Assembly: GCA_030531095.1 (NCBI GenBank)
Contig: JAUNOO010000001.1
Coordinates: forward strand, 7,747 to 71,746
DNA from: Bacteroidales bacterium
Lineage (GTDB): Bacteria > Bacteroidota > Bacteroidia > Bacteroidales > Bacteroidaceae
Direction: 5' to 3'
Length of the DNA stretch: 64,000 bases
In this document: positions 1-10,871 of the stretch, piece after piece
Numbering within the stretch: the first letter of the stretch is position 1
Layout of the letters: each line of letters starts with the position of its first letter
Notes under the pieces: generated by a model
What the model was told of the DNA's origin: nothing
The model's input: the letters and a program-made list of their open reading frames with translations, nothing else
Database searches by the model: none
Made by a program: the position numbers and the translations under genes

Positions 1-219
1 GCGTCCGCCCTTGGCAGGCGGCGTAAAGTTGGGGCTCATGAAGTGGCGCACGGGACACTGCACGCTCTCCCTGAAGAAGCGCGGCAGGCGGCGGTAACTG
101 TTCTTTCCGACCAGCATTTCCACCACCTCGTGGCCGTTGCGGCGCAGCATTTTTTCGAGCGCGATGGCTTGCGTGAGGTGGCCGCGACCTTCACCTTGTA
201 CGATAAACAGAAATTTCAT
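1..219 (-). CDS. Glycosyltransferase (GT-B, MJ1255/Glyco_trans_1_3-like), 5' part only; runs off window edge
   Basis: Hand translation from ATG at 219: MKFLFIVQGEGRGHLTQAIALEKMLRRNGHEVVEMLVG...; GxGRGH motif and GHEV typical of this GT family; not in ORF track. Confidence 0.85.
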   Translation of the reverse strand, partial: MKFLFIVQGEGRGHLTQAIALEKMLRRNGHEVVEMLVGKNSYRRLPRFFRESVQCPVRHFMSPNFTPPAKGGR

Positions 220-440
220 AAGCGATAAATGCCTGACTTTTCAGTTGCAAATTTCGCCCGCCGAAATTACAAACCCGTTGAGCCGCAGTTAAATTGGTGT
301 GTCGGTGCGGTGGCATCTTGTTCGTGCCGCCGTTTTGTTGGAAACCATTGGTAGAGGAGGGGAGGTCTACATTTTCTCTGCCACATCGCTCAACCCTCTT
401 TTAATGGTTCGGAATGGTGAAGCCCTTTGCGGGCAGAGCG

Positions 441-448
441 TATCTTTG
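441..448 (+). promoter_or_regulatory. Bacteroidetes -7 promoter element (TATCTTTG)
   Basis: Matches TAnnTTTG, about 40 nt upstream of small ORF at 490. Confidence 0.5.
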
Positions 449-489
449 CAAGCAGAACAGCAACCCCCTTCTAATCATCCAAGAAAATT

Positions 490-624
490 ATGACCGAAAA
501 AAACGACATCACAAAGCGCACCGCATCCCTCCGCGAATGGTTTACCATGCCACTTGTGGAGAATGATAATCAGTTCAAGGATTCAGGAACAGACGTTGTC
601 GCCATTGCGACAGATAATCAATAG
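490..624 (+). CDS. Small hypothetical protein, 44 aa (MTEKNDITKRTASLREWFTMPLVENDNQFKDSGTDVVAIATDNQ)
   Basis: Hand translation; A-rich sequence before ATG, upstream -7 element, downstream terminator. Confidence 0.45.
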   Translation: MTEKNDITKRTASLREWFTMPLVENDNQFKDSGTDVVAIATDNQ

Positions 625-663
625 GAAGTGAGTCCGGCATAAGAAAAAGCAACAAATACTATC

Positions 664-707
664 GGCGTCCGAAAAAGACATTCAAGTTCTTTTCGGACGC
701 CTTTTTT
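664..707 (+). terminator. Intrinsic terminator
   Basis: GGCGTCCGAAAA...TTTTCGGACGCC stem followed by T6. Confidence 0.8.
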
Positions 708-754
708 ATTCGCATTTCCCGCCCCGTTTTCTCTCGTTTTTCGCCCGGGCTATC

Positions 755-800
755 AAAAATTAGTCCTGAGCTTTTTCAACTTAGTCCTGAGCTTTTTGAG
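755..800. repeat. 21-bp-period repeat (core TAGTCCTGAGCTTTT), copy 1
   Basis: Cores at 761 and 782; degenerate inverted unit near 843-856. Confidence 0.8.
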
Positions 801-1353
801 AAGTATCACGGGGATATTTTTCAAAAGTTCTGTTGGGGGATTAAAAAGCACTGGGAAAAAGCCCGAGAACCCGTAATGCGCTTTCATTTTGACACGAAGA
901 ACACGTATAAACACTGTTTTTGTAAGTGCTTTCAGCGGATTTTCGCATAATTCACACCTAAAAAAGTGACATTTTGCAAGTACGGATTTGGGGTTCGGAC
1001 AGCCCATTTCAGGTAGACCGTCAAAGCCTTTTTCATCCTCCAAAATGAAAAGAATTTTTTCAAAATACCAATTATAGAGCCTGATTTTCTGATGCGAAAG
1101 ACGCAAAAACGCAGAAAATTTTCCTATTTAACAAAAATTACCCCCCCGATTCGGTTATTTGAGATTTAGTATCTATTTTTGGCTTCGATTTAAAATAGGC
1201 GGATAGATTAGTACTGTCTCTTGCATGGCAGTAAAGCAGTCTGCTCATTCGTAAAAAAAGTGGTGGTTTACGGAAAAGCCGCCCTCTAACAAAACTCGCA
1301 CTTACTGCAAAACAATAAAATAATTATTTACTAACAACTTAAACTTTTAATTT

Positions 1354-4227
1354 ATGAGGAGATTTACTTACTCTTTCCTCTTGTCCTTGCTCTTGATTTT
1401 GGGTGGGGGCTTAGAAATTTCGGCACAAGTCTTTATACCACGGACGTCGACAAGTGGTGTCACCTACACCTACTACATTAAGAGTGCCGGTGAGAATCCT
1501 AACTATTATGTGTCCGCTGCGAATATGGAAAATGGCGGTGCAGTCACTTTGACAAGTGGAGACATGTCTGATGCTCAAGCATTCAAGCTGGTAGCGGGCG
1601 AAGAAGGAATGTTTGGTACTTATGTTTATATCTGTACTCCAGATGAATCTTACGTTGTGGATTGGTGGGGAGATGACTTTCCTGCATACTTCGATGCAGG
1701 TGGTCAGGTCTATGGCTGTGGTGCATGGTTCTGGACTATATCATATGGTAGTGAGCCTGAAACGATGAATGGTTGTGAACCTTACTTCCGCATAAGTTAT
1801 AGCACCGAAGAGGAGTATGAGGAATTGGGCCTGAATTGGTTTGTTTCTGACGGGAATGAATATTGCGGATTAGGGAGTAGTGCGGAAAAAAACTCCATCT
1901 GGAATTTCATTCCTGCCGACCTTAGCACCATGAAGAAGACGGCGGAAGACATCAAGGCCACTTTGAACCCGTATGCCGGGTTTGCGTATTCAGAGTCTTT
2001 CTCTAGCTCTAATGTTATTTCTGATTTGAAGTCACAAATTTCTGAAATAGAGAGCCTGTCGGAATATTCCTTGGAGAGTGCGAACAAGCTGCTGGCTGCC
2101 TATTCCACTTTTCTGACTTATGGTGATAGGTTTGTGAAAGATGATTCGTTCACAACGGGCTATTACAGAATTACGAATAAGGCTACTGACCGGTATCGCT
2201 ACCTATTCAATGATGATTTTTATGATAGCAATGACTATTTGTGTACCCTGCTGTCGAAAGAACCAGTAGAAACCAACAATGGTTATTGGTATGTAGAAGT
2301 TGACGGCAATACCCTGAATATAAAGAACGGACAAGGTAATGGTATCACAGAAGACAGAGACCTCATGATTTATTCTGCTCTTAATATCTATGAAGATGAA
2401 ATCGTTGATGGCTACTATTCTTTTGAAGAGGCTTTAAGTAGCAGCAAAGGTTATGGTCATTTTGTCGGTAGCTATTATTCCCTCACGACAAGTGAAAGCG
2501 CCGAGTCAAATTCGTCTGCGGAGAATCGCTGGGCCTTTGAAAAGATTGATGAAACTACTGTTTATAAGGTGGATGTGACAGGGTTGGAGGACAATTTTGG
2601 GCTGTACGTGACGTACACTCATGACGGTACGACCGAATACGCTTATTCCGGCGGCTTCTTTGTCTCTGCCGATGTGCCAGATGTCAGCAAAATGACAATT
2701 CCAGACCAGAATGGTTATGTCTCCGCTACGTTTACAGTGGAGGGACAGACGATTAAAGTCGAATATAAGAAGAAAGATATTAATGACATTTTGCCCCAAA
2801 TCGAAGAACCTTTGGCGATTGCTCAAAAGATGTTGCCAATCCGTGGTATAGGTTATCCGACTGAAGAAAGCGAAGCTTATTATTGGCTGAGTAATGCCGT
2901 TATTGATGCCACTTCCCTCACAGAGAATGATGACCCCACTAGGGCGGAATCGATTTTGAATGATCTAAACTCTGCAATCTCATATTACGCTACGACCGAC
3001 AACGGCATTCAGATGCCGGAGGATGGTAAGGCCTATACCTTTACGTTTGTGGCTTACGATGGTGCCCGCAGCTATATGTATTTTGATGTTGACGCTGACG
3101 AATATCAGTTGTCGAAGACGGAGGCTACCTCTAATGCGGATTATCCTATGACAGCTACCCTCATTTGTAGAGATTTGGGTAATAACGAGTATGCCTTTGT
3201 GAACAATTCTGGCAAGTACCTTATTTGGCGTTCGGGCGGTTCTTATTCAACTCAGGGTGGTAATGACAATAAGGGATATTCTGACACTTATATGTATACC
3301 GAAACAGAATATATATATGGCGCGACCTGGACTAACCATTATTATGCCTCGGTTACTTTGGGGAAATTGAGTAACAGCTTCGCTGGCGTAACTCCCCAGA
3401 ATGTGTCTGACTTGTTGGGTCTTATGACAATCGCAGGGGAAGGCAAACCCAATTTTGCCATCCAAGACGGGACGACTTATTACGGCGGCGGTCCATATTT
3501 CAATTCCGAATACTCCTCAGCTATATGTATTGAGGAAATAGATTATCCTAACAATGTGACTCTCATCTCTTTGGAGGGCGCGAACGACCAAACTCTGCAA
3601 AATTGGGGCTTTAATTACGTCGGCACATTCAGTGCGCCCTTTGATGCTTGGTTTGATGATAATGAGAATCCGGACGTGAGGGTATTCTATGTGTCCACTT
3701 TGGAGAATGAGGATGGTAAGACGACTGCGGTCTTGACGGATATTGAAAATGCCGCTCCGCTGTACTACTACGTACCAGCCAATACTGGTGTTATCTTGGC
3801 AAGTGCTTCAGAAGGGGCAGTGAGGATGCTTCCCTATACGAATGAATTTGAAGGAGAAGACCTCCCCACGACGATTGAAGGTAATCTGCTTGGCAATTCT
3901 GCGGGTGAAGCAAAAGTAATCGGCAGCGACAACACGAGCATTTACGTCCTTTCTAAGTATAACAACACTGTGGCATTCTTCCTTTCCGCTGCAGGCACGT
4001 TGCCGATGAACAAGGCCTACCTGGATAAGACGCTCGCAGGCGAAGGGTTCAATGCAGCGCAACTGTACCTGGGCTTTGGCGGTATGGTTGACGGCATTGA
4101 AAATGTGGAAACCACTGAGGCAGAAAGCGCCGAAGGCAAGGCAGTATTTGACCTCTCTGGTCGTCGCGTGACGAATGCCACGAAGGGCCTTTACATTGTG
4201 AATGGAAAGAAGGTTTACGTGAAGTGA
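1354..4227 (+). CDS. Large secreted protein with T9SS-like C-terminal domain, 957 aa
   Basis: Signal peptide (MRRFTYSFLLSLLLILGGGLEISAQ); C-terminus VFDLSGRRV...KGLYIVNGKKVYVK; acidic and Tyr-rich; no catalytic motif recognised. Confidence 0.85.
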   Translation: MRRFTYSFLLSLLLILGGGLEISAQVFIPRTSTSGVTYTYYIKSAGENPNYYVSAANMENGGAVTLTSGDMSDAQAFKLVAGEEGMFGTYVYICTPDESYVVDWWGDDFPAYFDAGGQVYGCGAWFWTISYGSEPETMNGCEPYFRISYSTEEEYEELGLNWFVSDGNEYCGLGSSAEKNSIWNFIPADLSTMKKTAEDIKATLNPYAGFAYSESFSSSNVISDLKSQISEIESLSEYSLESANKLLAAYSTFLTYGDRFVKDDSFTTGYYRITNKATDRYRYLFNDDFYDSNDYLCTLLSKEPVETNNGYWYVEVDGNTLNIKNGQGNGITEDRDLMIYSALNIYEDEIVDGYYSFEEALSSSKGYGHFVGSYYSLTTSESAESNSSAENRWAFEKIDETTVYKVDVTGLEDNFGLYVTYTHDGTTEYAYSGGFFVSADVPDVSKMTIPDQNGYVSATFTVEGQTIKVEYKKKDINDILPQIEEPLAIAQKMLPIRGIGYPTEESEAYYWLSNAVIDATSLTENDDPTRAESILNDLNSAISYYATTDNGIQMPEDGKAYTFTFVAYDGARSYMYFDVDADEYQLSKTEATSNADYPMTATLICRDLGNNEYAFVNNSGKYLIWRSGGSYSTQGGNDNKGYSDTYMYTETEYIYGATWTNHYYASVTLGKLSNSFAGVTPQNVSDLLGLMTIAGEGKPNFAIQDGTTYYGGGPYFNSEYSSAICIEEIDYPNNVTLISLEGANDQTLQNWGFNYVGTFSAPFDAWFDDNENPDVRVFYVSTLENEDGKTTAVLTDIENAAPLYYYVPANTGVILASASEGAVRMLPYTNEFEGEDLPTTIEGNLLGNSAGEAKVIGSDNTSIYVLSKYNNTVAFFLSAAGTLPMNKAYLDKTLAGEGFNAAQLYLGFGGMVDGIENVETTEAESAEGKAVFDLSGRRVTNATKGLYIVNGKKVYVK

Positions 4228-4262
4228 GCCAATATTGGAAATATCATTTAATCATTAGAATC

Positions 4263-4430
4263 ATGAAGAAAAAATATATCACTCCCACGTCGGAGGTCAT
4301 CAATCTGTTGCCTGAGAAGATGCTGGCAATGTCAGTCTCTGATCAAAAAGTAGACCCTGCTACATCCTTCTCCAACCGCAAACAAGGTTGGAACAGTGAG
4401 GACTGGAGCGGCGGCGAGATAGAAGAATAA
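4263..4430 (+). CDS. Small YxxP-leader peptide A, 55 aa (MKKKYITPTSEVINLLPEKMLAMSVSDQKVDPATSFSNRKQGWNSEDWSGGEIEE)
   Basis: Start set at ATG 4263 by similarity to paralogs at 28904 and 32111; lies between secreted-protein gene and terminator. Confidence 0.85.
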   Translation: MKKKYITPTSEVINLLPEKMLAMSVSDQKVDPATSFSNRKQGWNSEDWSGGEIEE

Positions 4431-4457
4431 AAATAAATAACTCTAAATCCAGTCAGC

Positions 4458-4505
4458 AGCGGGTGTGCGCCTTGAGAGCAGGGTGGCGCACCCGCTATTC
4501 TTTTG
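4458..4505 (+). terminator. Intrinsic terminator after peptide A
   Basis: AGCGGGTG(T)GCGCC...GGCGCACCCGCT stem followed by ATTCTTTT. Confidence 0.7.
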
Positions 4506-4620
4506 CACTGACGTTTCTGCCCGCGCTGCTGAAAGCCTCAGCAGGGGACAAATGGGCTTGCCTACTCCTTGTTGCCCCTCCGCCGCGTTTGGGTAAAGCA
4601 ATACAAAGAAGTTTTGTCCC

Positions 4621-4660
4621 TCGCGCACGCGCGCGTATTATAAATAGGAGTGGGAGAGGA
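4621..4660. repeat. CGCG-tract + TATTATA..ATAGGAGTGG dispersed repeat, copy 1
   Basis: Similar to 53999-54043. Confidence 0.6.
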
Positions 4661-4733
4661 CGGGATGCGCCTGCCGCTGGGGAATTGGATGATTTGGTGT
4701 TCAAAAAAATAGTTATAATAACTCCCTGAAAAT

Positions 4734-4765
4734 CTTGCTTGTTCTGAGAAATATTTGTAACTTTG
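4734..4765 (+). promoter_or_regulatory. rpsL operon promoter (-33 TTG, -7 TAACTTTG)
   Basis: TAACTTTG at 4758-4765 with CTTG 20 nt upstream. Confidence 0.75.
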
Positions 4766-4848
4766 CAGCCCGAAAGGTGTAGTGTACACCTTCGCCAACC
4801 CTCGATACAAACAAAAATATAATATATAACAAATTAAAAATCAAGTAA

Positions 4849-5232
4849 ATGCCTACTATTCAACAACTGGTAAGAAAGGGCAGAAGCGTGGCAGTTGACA
4901 AGAGTAAGTCGCCTGCTTTGGATTCGTGTCCTCAGCGTCGCGGTGTATGCGTACGCGTTTACACAACGACACCTAAGAAGCCTAATTCGGCTATGCGTAA
5001 GGTGGCTCGTGTGCGTTTGACTAACTCCAAGGAAGTCAACTCCTACATTCCAGGAGAAGGCCACAACCTGCAGGAGCACTCCATCGTACTCGTCCGCGGC
5101 GGCCGTGTGAAGGACCTCCCCGGTGTACGTTATCACATCGTTCGCGGTACGCTCGATACCGCCGGCGTGGCAAGCCGCACGCAGCGTCGCTCGAAGTATG
5201 GCGCAAAGCGTCCTAAAGCCGGTAAGAAGTAA
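4849..5232 (+). CDS. rpsL: 30S ribosomal protein S12
   Basis: [27 protein letters not shown]. Confidence 0.99.
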   Translation: MPTIQQLVRKGRSVAVDKSKSPALDSCPQRRGVCVRVYTTTPKKPNSAMRKVARVRLTNSKEVNSYIPGEGHNLQEHSIVLVRGGRVKDLPGVRYHIVRGTLDTAGVASRTQRRSKYGAKRPKAGKK

Positions 5233-5336
5233 AAACAAACAAAACGTTGGTTTGCAGGAGGTTGAGTAAACGTCCCAACGGGGAGTTGAAGAACTGAGAT
5301 TGCAGCCTGTTAAAAAACAAATCAACTCAAGTCACA

Positions 5337-5813
5337 ATGAGAAAAGCAAAACCAAAGAAGCGTGTGGTCCTCCCGGATCCCGTTTACGGAGACCAGAAGG
5401 TTTCCAAGTTCGTTAACCATCTGATGTTTGACGGTAAGAAGAACATCTCTTACGAAATCTTCTACAAGGCCCTCGAAATCGTGGGCGAGAAGATGAAGGA
5501 TCAGGAGAAGTCCGCCCTCGAAATCTGGAAGACTGCGCTCGACAAAATCACTCCGCAGGTGGAGGTGAAGAGCCGCCGTATCGGTGGTGCTACGTTCCAG
5601 GTTCCTACCGAAATCCGTCCCGACCGTAAGGAGTCCGTTTCGATGAAGAACATGATTGGTTACGCCCGCAAGCGTGGCGGCAAGACTATGGCCGACAAGC
5701 TCGCTGCCGAAATCATGGACGCCTACAACGAACAGGGCGGTGCCTTCAAGCGTAAGGAAGACATGCACCGTATGGCCGAGGCCAACCGCGCATTCGCACA
5801 CTTCAGATTCTAA
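5337..5813 (+). CDS. rpsG: 30S ribosomal protein S7
   Basis: [27 protein letters not shown]. Confidence 0.99.
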   Translation: MRKAKPKKRVVLPDPVYGDQKVSKFVNHLMFDGKKNISYEIFYKALEIVGEKMKDQEKSALEIWKTALDKITPQVEVKSRRIGGATFQVPTEIRPDRKESVSMKNMIGYARKRGGKTMADKLAAEIMDAYNEQGGAFKRKEDMHRMAEANRAFAHFRF

Positions 5814-5840
5814 AAACTTAAAGGGTTTACACGTACTAAA

Positions 5841-7961
5841 ATGGCAAAGCACGACTTACATTTGACTCGTAACATCGGTATCATGGCGCACATCGATGCC
5901 GGTAAGACGACGACTTCGGAGCGTATCCTCTTCTATACGGGTAAGACGCACAAAATCGGCGAAGTGCACGATGGCGGCGCTACTATGGACTGGATGGCTC
6001 AGGAACAGGAGCGCGGTATCACGATTACCTCTGCTGCCACGACGACCTACTGGAACTGGGACAACAAGCAGTTCAAGATTAACCTGATTGACACTCCGGG
6101 ACACGTTGACTTCACGGCTGAGGTTGAGCGTTCGCTCCGCGTGCTCGACGGCGCTGTGGCTACCTACTGCGCTGTGGGTGGCGTAGAACCCCAGTCGGAG
6201 ACGGTTTGGCGTCAGGCTGACAAGTATAACGTTCCCCGTATCGGCTACGTGAACAAGATGGACCGCTCGGGCGCCGACTTCTTCGAAGTTGTCCGCCAGA
6301 TGAAGGACATCCTCGGCGCGACGCCTTGCGTCATCTCAATTCCTATCGGAGCTGAGGAGAAGTTCAAGGGTATCATCGACCTCATCAAGATGAAGGCTAT
6401 CATCTGGCACGACGAGACGATGGGCGCTGAATATGAAATCGACGAAATCCCCGCCGAACTGAAGGCTGAGGCTGACGAGTGGCGCATGAAGATGCTGGAA
6501 ACGGCTGCCGAATGCGACGAGAACCTGATGGAGAAATTCTTCGAGGACCCCGAAAGCCTCAAGGAGGAGGAAATCGTAGCTGCTATCCGTAAGGGTACGC
6601 TCGCTATGGACATCGTCCCCATGACGCAGGGTTCTTCGTTCAAGAACAAGGGTGTGCAGACGCTGCTCGACTACGTTTGTATGTTCTTGCCCTCTCCCCT
6701 CGACACGCCCAACATCGTGGGTACGAACCCCGAAACCGGCGAAGAGGAAGACCGCAAGCCCAGCGAGGACGAGAAGACCGCTGCCCTGGCGTTCAAGATT
6801 GCTACCGACCCGTACGTAGGTCGTCTGACGTTCTTCCGTGTTTACTCCGGTAAGGTGACTGCAGGCTCCTACATCTACAACGTGCGTTCGGGCAAGAAGG
6901 AGCGCGTGAGCCGCCTCTTCCAGATGCACTCTAACCACCAGAACCCCGTTGAAGAGATTTGCGCTGGTGACATCGGCGCAGGTGTCGGCTTCAAGGATAT
7001 CCACACCGGCGACACGCTCGCTGACGAGGATGCACCGATTGTACTCGAGTCGATGGACTTCCCCGAACCCGTTATCGGTATCGCCGTTGAGCCCAAGACG
7101 CAGAAGGACCTCGACAAACTGTCGAACGGTCTGGCCAAGCTGGCCGAAGAAGACCCCACCTTCACGGTTCGCACTGACGAGCAGAGCGGCCAGACGGTTA
7201 TCTCGGGTATGGGTGAGCTTCACCTCGACATCATCATAGACCGTCTGAAGCGTGAGTTCAAGGTAGAATGTAACCAGGGTAAGCCCCAGGTGAACTACAA
7301 GGAAGCCATCACGAAGACTGTCAACCTCCGCGAGGTTTACAAGAAGCAGTCGGGTGGTCGCGGTAAGTTTGCCGACATCATCGTGAACGTTGGTCCCGTA
7401 GACGAGGACTTCAAGGAAGGCGGCCTCCAGTTTGTCAACAAGGTGACTGGCGGTAACATTCCCAAGGAATTCATCCCCTCCGTACAGAAGGGTTTCGAAA
7501 ACGCCATGAAGAGCGGTGTGCTCGGTGGCTTCCCCTTGGACAGCCTGAAGGTAGAACTCCTCGACGGTTCGTTCCACCCCGTAGACTCCGACCAGTTGTC
7601 GTTTGAAATCGCAGCCCTCCAGGCTTACAAGAACGCTTGCGCTCAGGCCGGTCCCGTGCTCATGGAACCGATCATGAAGCTGGAAGTTGTGACGCCAGAA
7701 GAGAACATGGGTGACGTGATTGGCGACTTGAACAAGCGTCGCGGTCAGGTGGAAGGTATGGAAAGCAGCCGCTCGGGTGCCCGTGTCGTTAAGGCTATGG
7801 TTCCCCTGTCGGAAATGTTCGGCTATGTAACGGCTCTGCGTACCATTACTTCCGGTCGCGCTACGTCTTCTATGCAGTATGACCACCACGCTCCCGTCTC
7901 CAACTCTATCGCCAAGTCGGTACTCGAGGAGATTAACGGCCGCGTAGACCTCGTGAAGTAA
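5841..7961 (+). CDS. fusA: Elongation factor G
   Basis: [26 protein letters not shown]. Confidence 0.99.
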   Translation: MAKHDLHLTRNIGIMAHIDAGKTTTSERILFYTGKTHKIGEVHDGGATMDWMAQEQERGITITSAATTTYWNWDNKQFKINLIDTPGHVDFTAEVERSLRVLDGAVATYCAVGGVEPQSETVWRQADKYNVPRIGYVNKMDRSGADFFEVVRQMKDILGATPCVISIPIGAEEKFKGIIDLIKMKAIIWHDETMGAEYEIDEIPAELKAEADEWRMKMLETAAECDENLMEKFFEDPESLKEEEIVAAIRKGTLAMDIVPMTQGSSFKNKGVQTLLDYVCMFLPSPLDTPNIVGTNPETGEEEDRKPSEDEKTAALAFKIATDPYVGRLTFFRVYSGKVTAGSYIYNVRSGKKERVSRLFQMHSNHQNPVEEICAGDIGAGVGFKDIHTGDTLADEDAPIVLESMDFPEPVIGIAVEPKTQKDLDKLSNGLAKLAEEDPTFTVRTDEQSGQTVISGMGELHLDIIIDRLKREFKVECNQGKPQVNYKEAITKTVNLREVYKKQSGGRGKFADIIVNVGPVDEDFKEGGLQFVNKVTGGNIPKEFIPSVQKGFENAMKSGVLGGFPLDSLKVELLDGSFHPVDSDQLSFEIAALQAYKNACAQAGPVLMEPIMKLEVVTPEENMGDVIGDLNKRRGQVEGMESSRSGARVVKAMVPLSEMFGYVTALRTITSGRATSSMQYDHHAPVSNSIAKSVLEEINGRVDLVK

Positions 7962-8025
7962 TATTCGACGGGTCACACCATCCAACCAATATCTTTTTTA
8001 GGAAGAAACCTAAACAATCAATGCC

Positions 8026-8074
8026 TCAAGGGCAGGCGGGCTAACGAATGACTCTTAGCCCGCTAACCCCTTGA
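8026..8074 (+). promoter_or_regulatory. Stem-loop in fusA-rpsJ spacer (candidate leader or processing element)
   Basis: TCAAGGG/CCCTTGA outer stem and GCGGGCTAA/TTAGCCCGC inner stem; no strong U-tract. Confidence 0.45.
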
Positions 8075-8099
8075 CGGTTTCAAAAACAATAAATAAAAA

Positions 8100-8405
8100 A
8101 TGAGTCAGAAAATCAGAATCAAGCTGAAAAGCTACGATCACACTCTCGTAGAAAAGTCTGCCGAGAAGATCGTGAAGAGCGTAAAGGCCACCGGCGCCAT
8201 CGTTAGCGGCCCGATTCCTCTCCCCACGCGCAAGCGTATCATTACTGTCAACCGCAGTACGTTCGTCAACAAGAAGAGCCGCGAGCAGTTCGAAATTTCT
8301 TCGTACAAGCGTCTCATCGACATCTACAGCTCTACGCCCAAGACCGTTGACGCACTGATGAAACTGGAATTGCCCTGCGGCGTTGAAGTAGAAATCAAGG
8401 TGTAG
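8100..8405 (+). CDS. rpsJ: 30S ribosomal protein S10
   Basis: [25 protein letters not shown]. Confidence 0.99.
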   Translation: MSQKIRIKLKSYDHTLVEKSAEKIVKSVKATGAIVSGPIPLPTRKRIITVNRSTFVNKKSREQFEISSYKRLIDIYSSTPKTVDALMKLELPCGVEVEIKV

Positions 8406-8457
8406 TCCTCACACAAATTAATCACACACATATACCTAAAATTAAAATCAAACTGAA

Positions 8458-9075
8458 ATGCCAGGATTATTAGGAAAGAAAATCGGAATGACATCCGTGT
8501 TCAGTGCCGACGGTAAGAATGTTCCGTGCACTGTTATCGAAGTAGGTCCTTGTGTGGTAACTCAGATCAAGAGCGTCGAGAAAGACGGATACGCTGCCGT
8601 TCAGGTAGGTTTCCAGGACGCAAAGGAGAAGAACACTTCTGCTCCTTTGATGGGCCACTTCAAGAAGGCCGGAGTTACTCCCAAGCGCCACTTGGCCGAG
8701 TTCACAGGGTTTGACCAAGAATTCAACTTGGGCGACACGATTACGGTAGACCTCTTCAGCGATGCTGAATACGTTGACGTAGTCGGTACCTCTAAGGGTA
8801 AAGGCTTCCAGGGTGTAGTAAAGCGCCACGGTTTCGGCGGTGTGGGCCAGACGACCCACGGTCAGGACGACCGTCTGCGCAAGCCCGGTTCAATCGGTGC
8901 CTGCTCCTATCCCGCAAAGGTCTTCAAGGGCATGCGCATGGGCGGCCAGATGGGCGGCGATCGCGTTACTACGCAAAACTTGAAAGTATTAAAAGTAATT
9001 CCTGAACACAATCTGCTCCTCATCAAGGGTTCTGTAGCCGGTTGCAAAGGTTCAATCTTAATCATCGAAAAGTAA
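8458..9075 (+). CDS. rplC: 50S ribosomal protein L3
   Basis: [21 protein letters not shown]. Confidence 0.99.
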   Translation: MPGLLGKKIGMTSVFSADGKNVPCTVIEVGPCVVTQIKSVEKDGYAAVQVGFQDAKEKNTSAPLMGHFKKAGVTPKRHLAEFTGFDQEFNLGDTITVDLFSDAEYVDVVGTSKGKGFQGVVKRHGFGGVGQTTHGQDDRLRKPGSIGACSYPAKVFKGMRMGGQMGGDRVTTQNLKVLKVIPEHNLLLIKGSVAGCKGSILIIEK

Positions 9076-9705
9076 ATGGAAGTTAGTGTATTAAATATCA
9101 AAGGTGAAGACACCGGCAGAAAGGTAACTCTCAGCGATTCTGTCTTCGGCATTGAACCCAACGACCACGCTATCTATCTCGACGTAAAGCAGTACCTCGC
9201 CGCTCAGCGCCAGGGTACGGCCAAGACGAAGGAAAGAAGCGAACTCAGCGGTTCTACTCGCAAACTCGGTCGCCAGAAAGGTGGCGGCGGTGCACGTCGT
9301 GGTGACATCAACTCTCCGGTACTCGTAGGTGGTGCCCGCGTGTTCGGTCCCAAGCCCAGAAACTACGACTTCAAGCTCAACAAGAAGGTGAAGGCTCTGG
9401 CTCGTCGTAGCGCCCTGAGCTACAAGGTTCAGGAAGGTGCAATCATCGTAGTTGAAGACTTCGATTTGCAAACTCCAAAAACCAAATCTTTTGTCGAAAT
9501 CGTAAATAATCTTAAGGTTGCCGACAAGAAGGTGCTGGTAGTCATGCCAGAAGCTAATAAAAATGTATATTTGTCAGCTCGTAATTTGGAACGCGCTAAA
9601 GTGGCCATCGCTTCTGACCTCAACACCTATGGTGTGCTGAATGCAGGAGTTATGGTTGTGACTGAGAGTGCGCTCGGAAAAATTGAGGCTGTCTTGACCA
9701 AATAA
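9076..9705 (+). CDS. rplD: 50S ribosomal protein L4
   Basis: [29 protein letters not shown]. Confidence 0.99.
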   Translation: MEVSVLNIKGEDTGRKVTLSDSVFGIEPNDHAIYLDVKQYLAAQRQGTAKTKERSELSGSTRKLGRQKGGGGARRGDINSPVLVGGARVFGPKPRNYDFKLNKKVKALARRSALSYKVQEGAIIVVEDFDLQTPKTKSFVEIVNNLKVADKKVLVVMPEANKNVYLSARNLERAKVAIASDLNTYGVLNAGVMVVTESALGKIEAVLTK

Positions 9706-9722
9706 TAGAGACTACGAAGAAA

Positions 9723-10013
9723 ATGGCATATATTGTAAAACCCCTCGTCACCGAGAAAGTGACTGGTCTTACGGAGAAGCGGAATACGTTCTGCTTCATT
9801 GTTCGTCCTGAAGCAAACAAGCTCCAGATTAAGCAGGAAGTGGAAGGATTGTACAATGTGAAGGTCGTGAACGTAAACACGATTAACTACGCAGGCAAAA
9901 ACAAGTCCCGCTATACGAAGGCGGGTCTTCTTCGTGGTAAGACGAATGCCTTCAAGAAGGCATATGTAACCCTGAAAGAGGGCGAAACGATCGATTTTTA
10001 TAGCAATATCTAA
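9723..10013 (+). CDS. rplW: 50S ribosomal protein L23
   Basis: PLVTEK, FKKAYVTL; operon position. Confidence 0.98.
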   Translation: MAYIVKPLVTEKVTGLTEKRNTFCFIVRPEANKLQIKQEVEGLYNVKVVNVNTINYAGKNKSRYTKAGLLRGKTNAFKKAYVTLKEGETIDFYSNI

Positions 10014-10020
10014 ATAACAG

Positions 10021-10845
10021 ATGGCAGTACGTAAATTTAAGCCCACAACACCGGGGCAGAGACACAAAATTATTGGTACGTTCGAAGAAATTACTGCATC
10101 CGTACCAGAAAAATCTCTCGTATACGGTAAGCGTGCAAGTGGTGGCCGTAACAATGTCGGTAAGATGACAATGCGCTACATCGGCGGCGGCCACAAGAAG
10201 AAGTTCCGCTTCATCGATTTCAAACGTGAGAAAGACGGTGTTCCCGCAGTCGTGAAGACTATCGAATACGATCCGAACCGCTCGGCTCGTATCGCTTTGC
10301 TGTTTTACGCTGACGGTGAAAAGCGTTACATTATCGCTCCCAATGGATTGAAAGTTGGCGCACAGCTGATGTCTGGTGCCGAAGCTGCTCCTGAGGTTGG
10401 TAATGCCCTTCCCCTGCAGAACATTCCTGTAGGTACGGTGATACACAACATCGAGCTTCGCCCGGGACAGGGTGCGCTTCTTGTACGTTCCGCTGGTAAC
10501 TTCGCTCAGCTGACTTCCCGTGAGGGCAATTACTGTGTGATTAAGTTGCCTTCTGGCGAAACTCGCCAGATTCTTAGTGCTTGCAAAGCTACGGTAGGTA
10601 GCGTTGGTAACTCTGACCACGCGCTCGAGAGTTCCGGTAAGGCCGGTCGCTCACGCTGGTTGGGTCGTCGCCCGCACAACCGTGGTGTTGTTATGAACCC
10701 TGTTGACCACCCGATGGGTGGTGGTGAAGGCCGTCAGAGCGGTGGTCACCCGCGTTCTCGTACAGGTCTGTATGCTAAGGGGTTGAAGACGAGAGCTCCG
10801 AAGAAACAGTCTAACAAGTACATTATTGAAAGACGTAAAAAGTAA
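10021..10845 (+). CDS. rplB: 50S ribosomal protein L2
   Basis: [21 protein letters not shown]. Confidence 0.99.
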   Translation: MAVRKFKPTTPGQRHKIIGTFEEITASVPEKSLVYGKRASGGRNNVGKMTMRYIGGGHKKKFRFIDFKREKDGVPAVVKTIEYDPNRSARIALLFYADGEKRYIIAPNGLKVGAQLMSGAEAAPEVGNALPLQNIPVGTVIHNIELRPGQGALLVRSAGNFAQLTSREGNYCVIKLPSGETRQILSACKATVGSVGNSDHALESSGKAGRSRWLGRRPHNRGVVMNPVDHPMGGGEGRQSGGHPRSRTGLYAKGLKTRAPKKQSNKYIIERRKK

Positions 10846-10871
10846 CAAGCACTAAATAGCATAGATCGTAT

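Noticed and set aside
43-228. 61-aa plus-strand ORF
   Set aside because: Shadow of the minus-strand glycosyltransferase start (1-219).
753-1106. 117-aa ORF ending KKLRTKLKKLRTNF (similar ORFs at 53599-54069 and 22992-23426)
   Set aside because: The heptad pattern is the translation of the 21-bp DNA repeat; no other sign of coding.
4849-5232. Streptomycin-resistance substitutions in S12
   Set aside because: TPKKPNS and RVKDLPG lysines are wild type.
7962-8099. Absence of tuf after fusA; zinc-free S14/L36; L17 Ala-rich tail
   Set aside because: Normal for Bacteroidetes.
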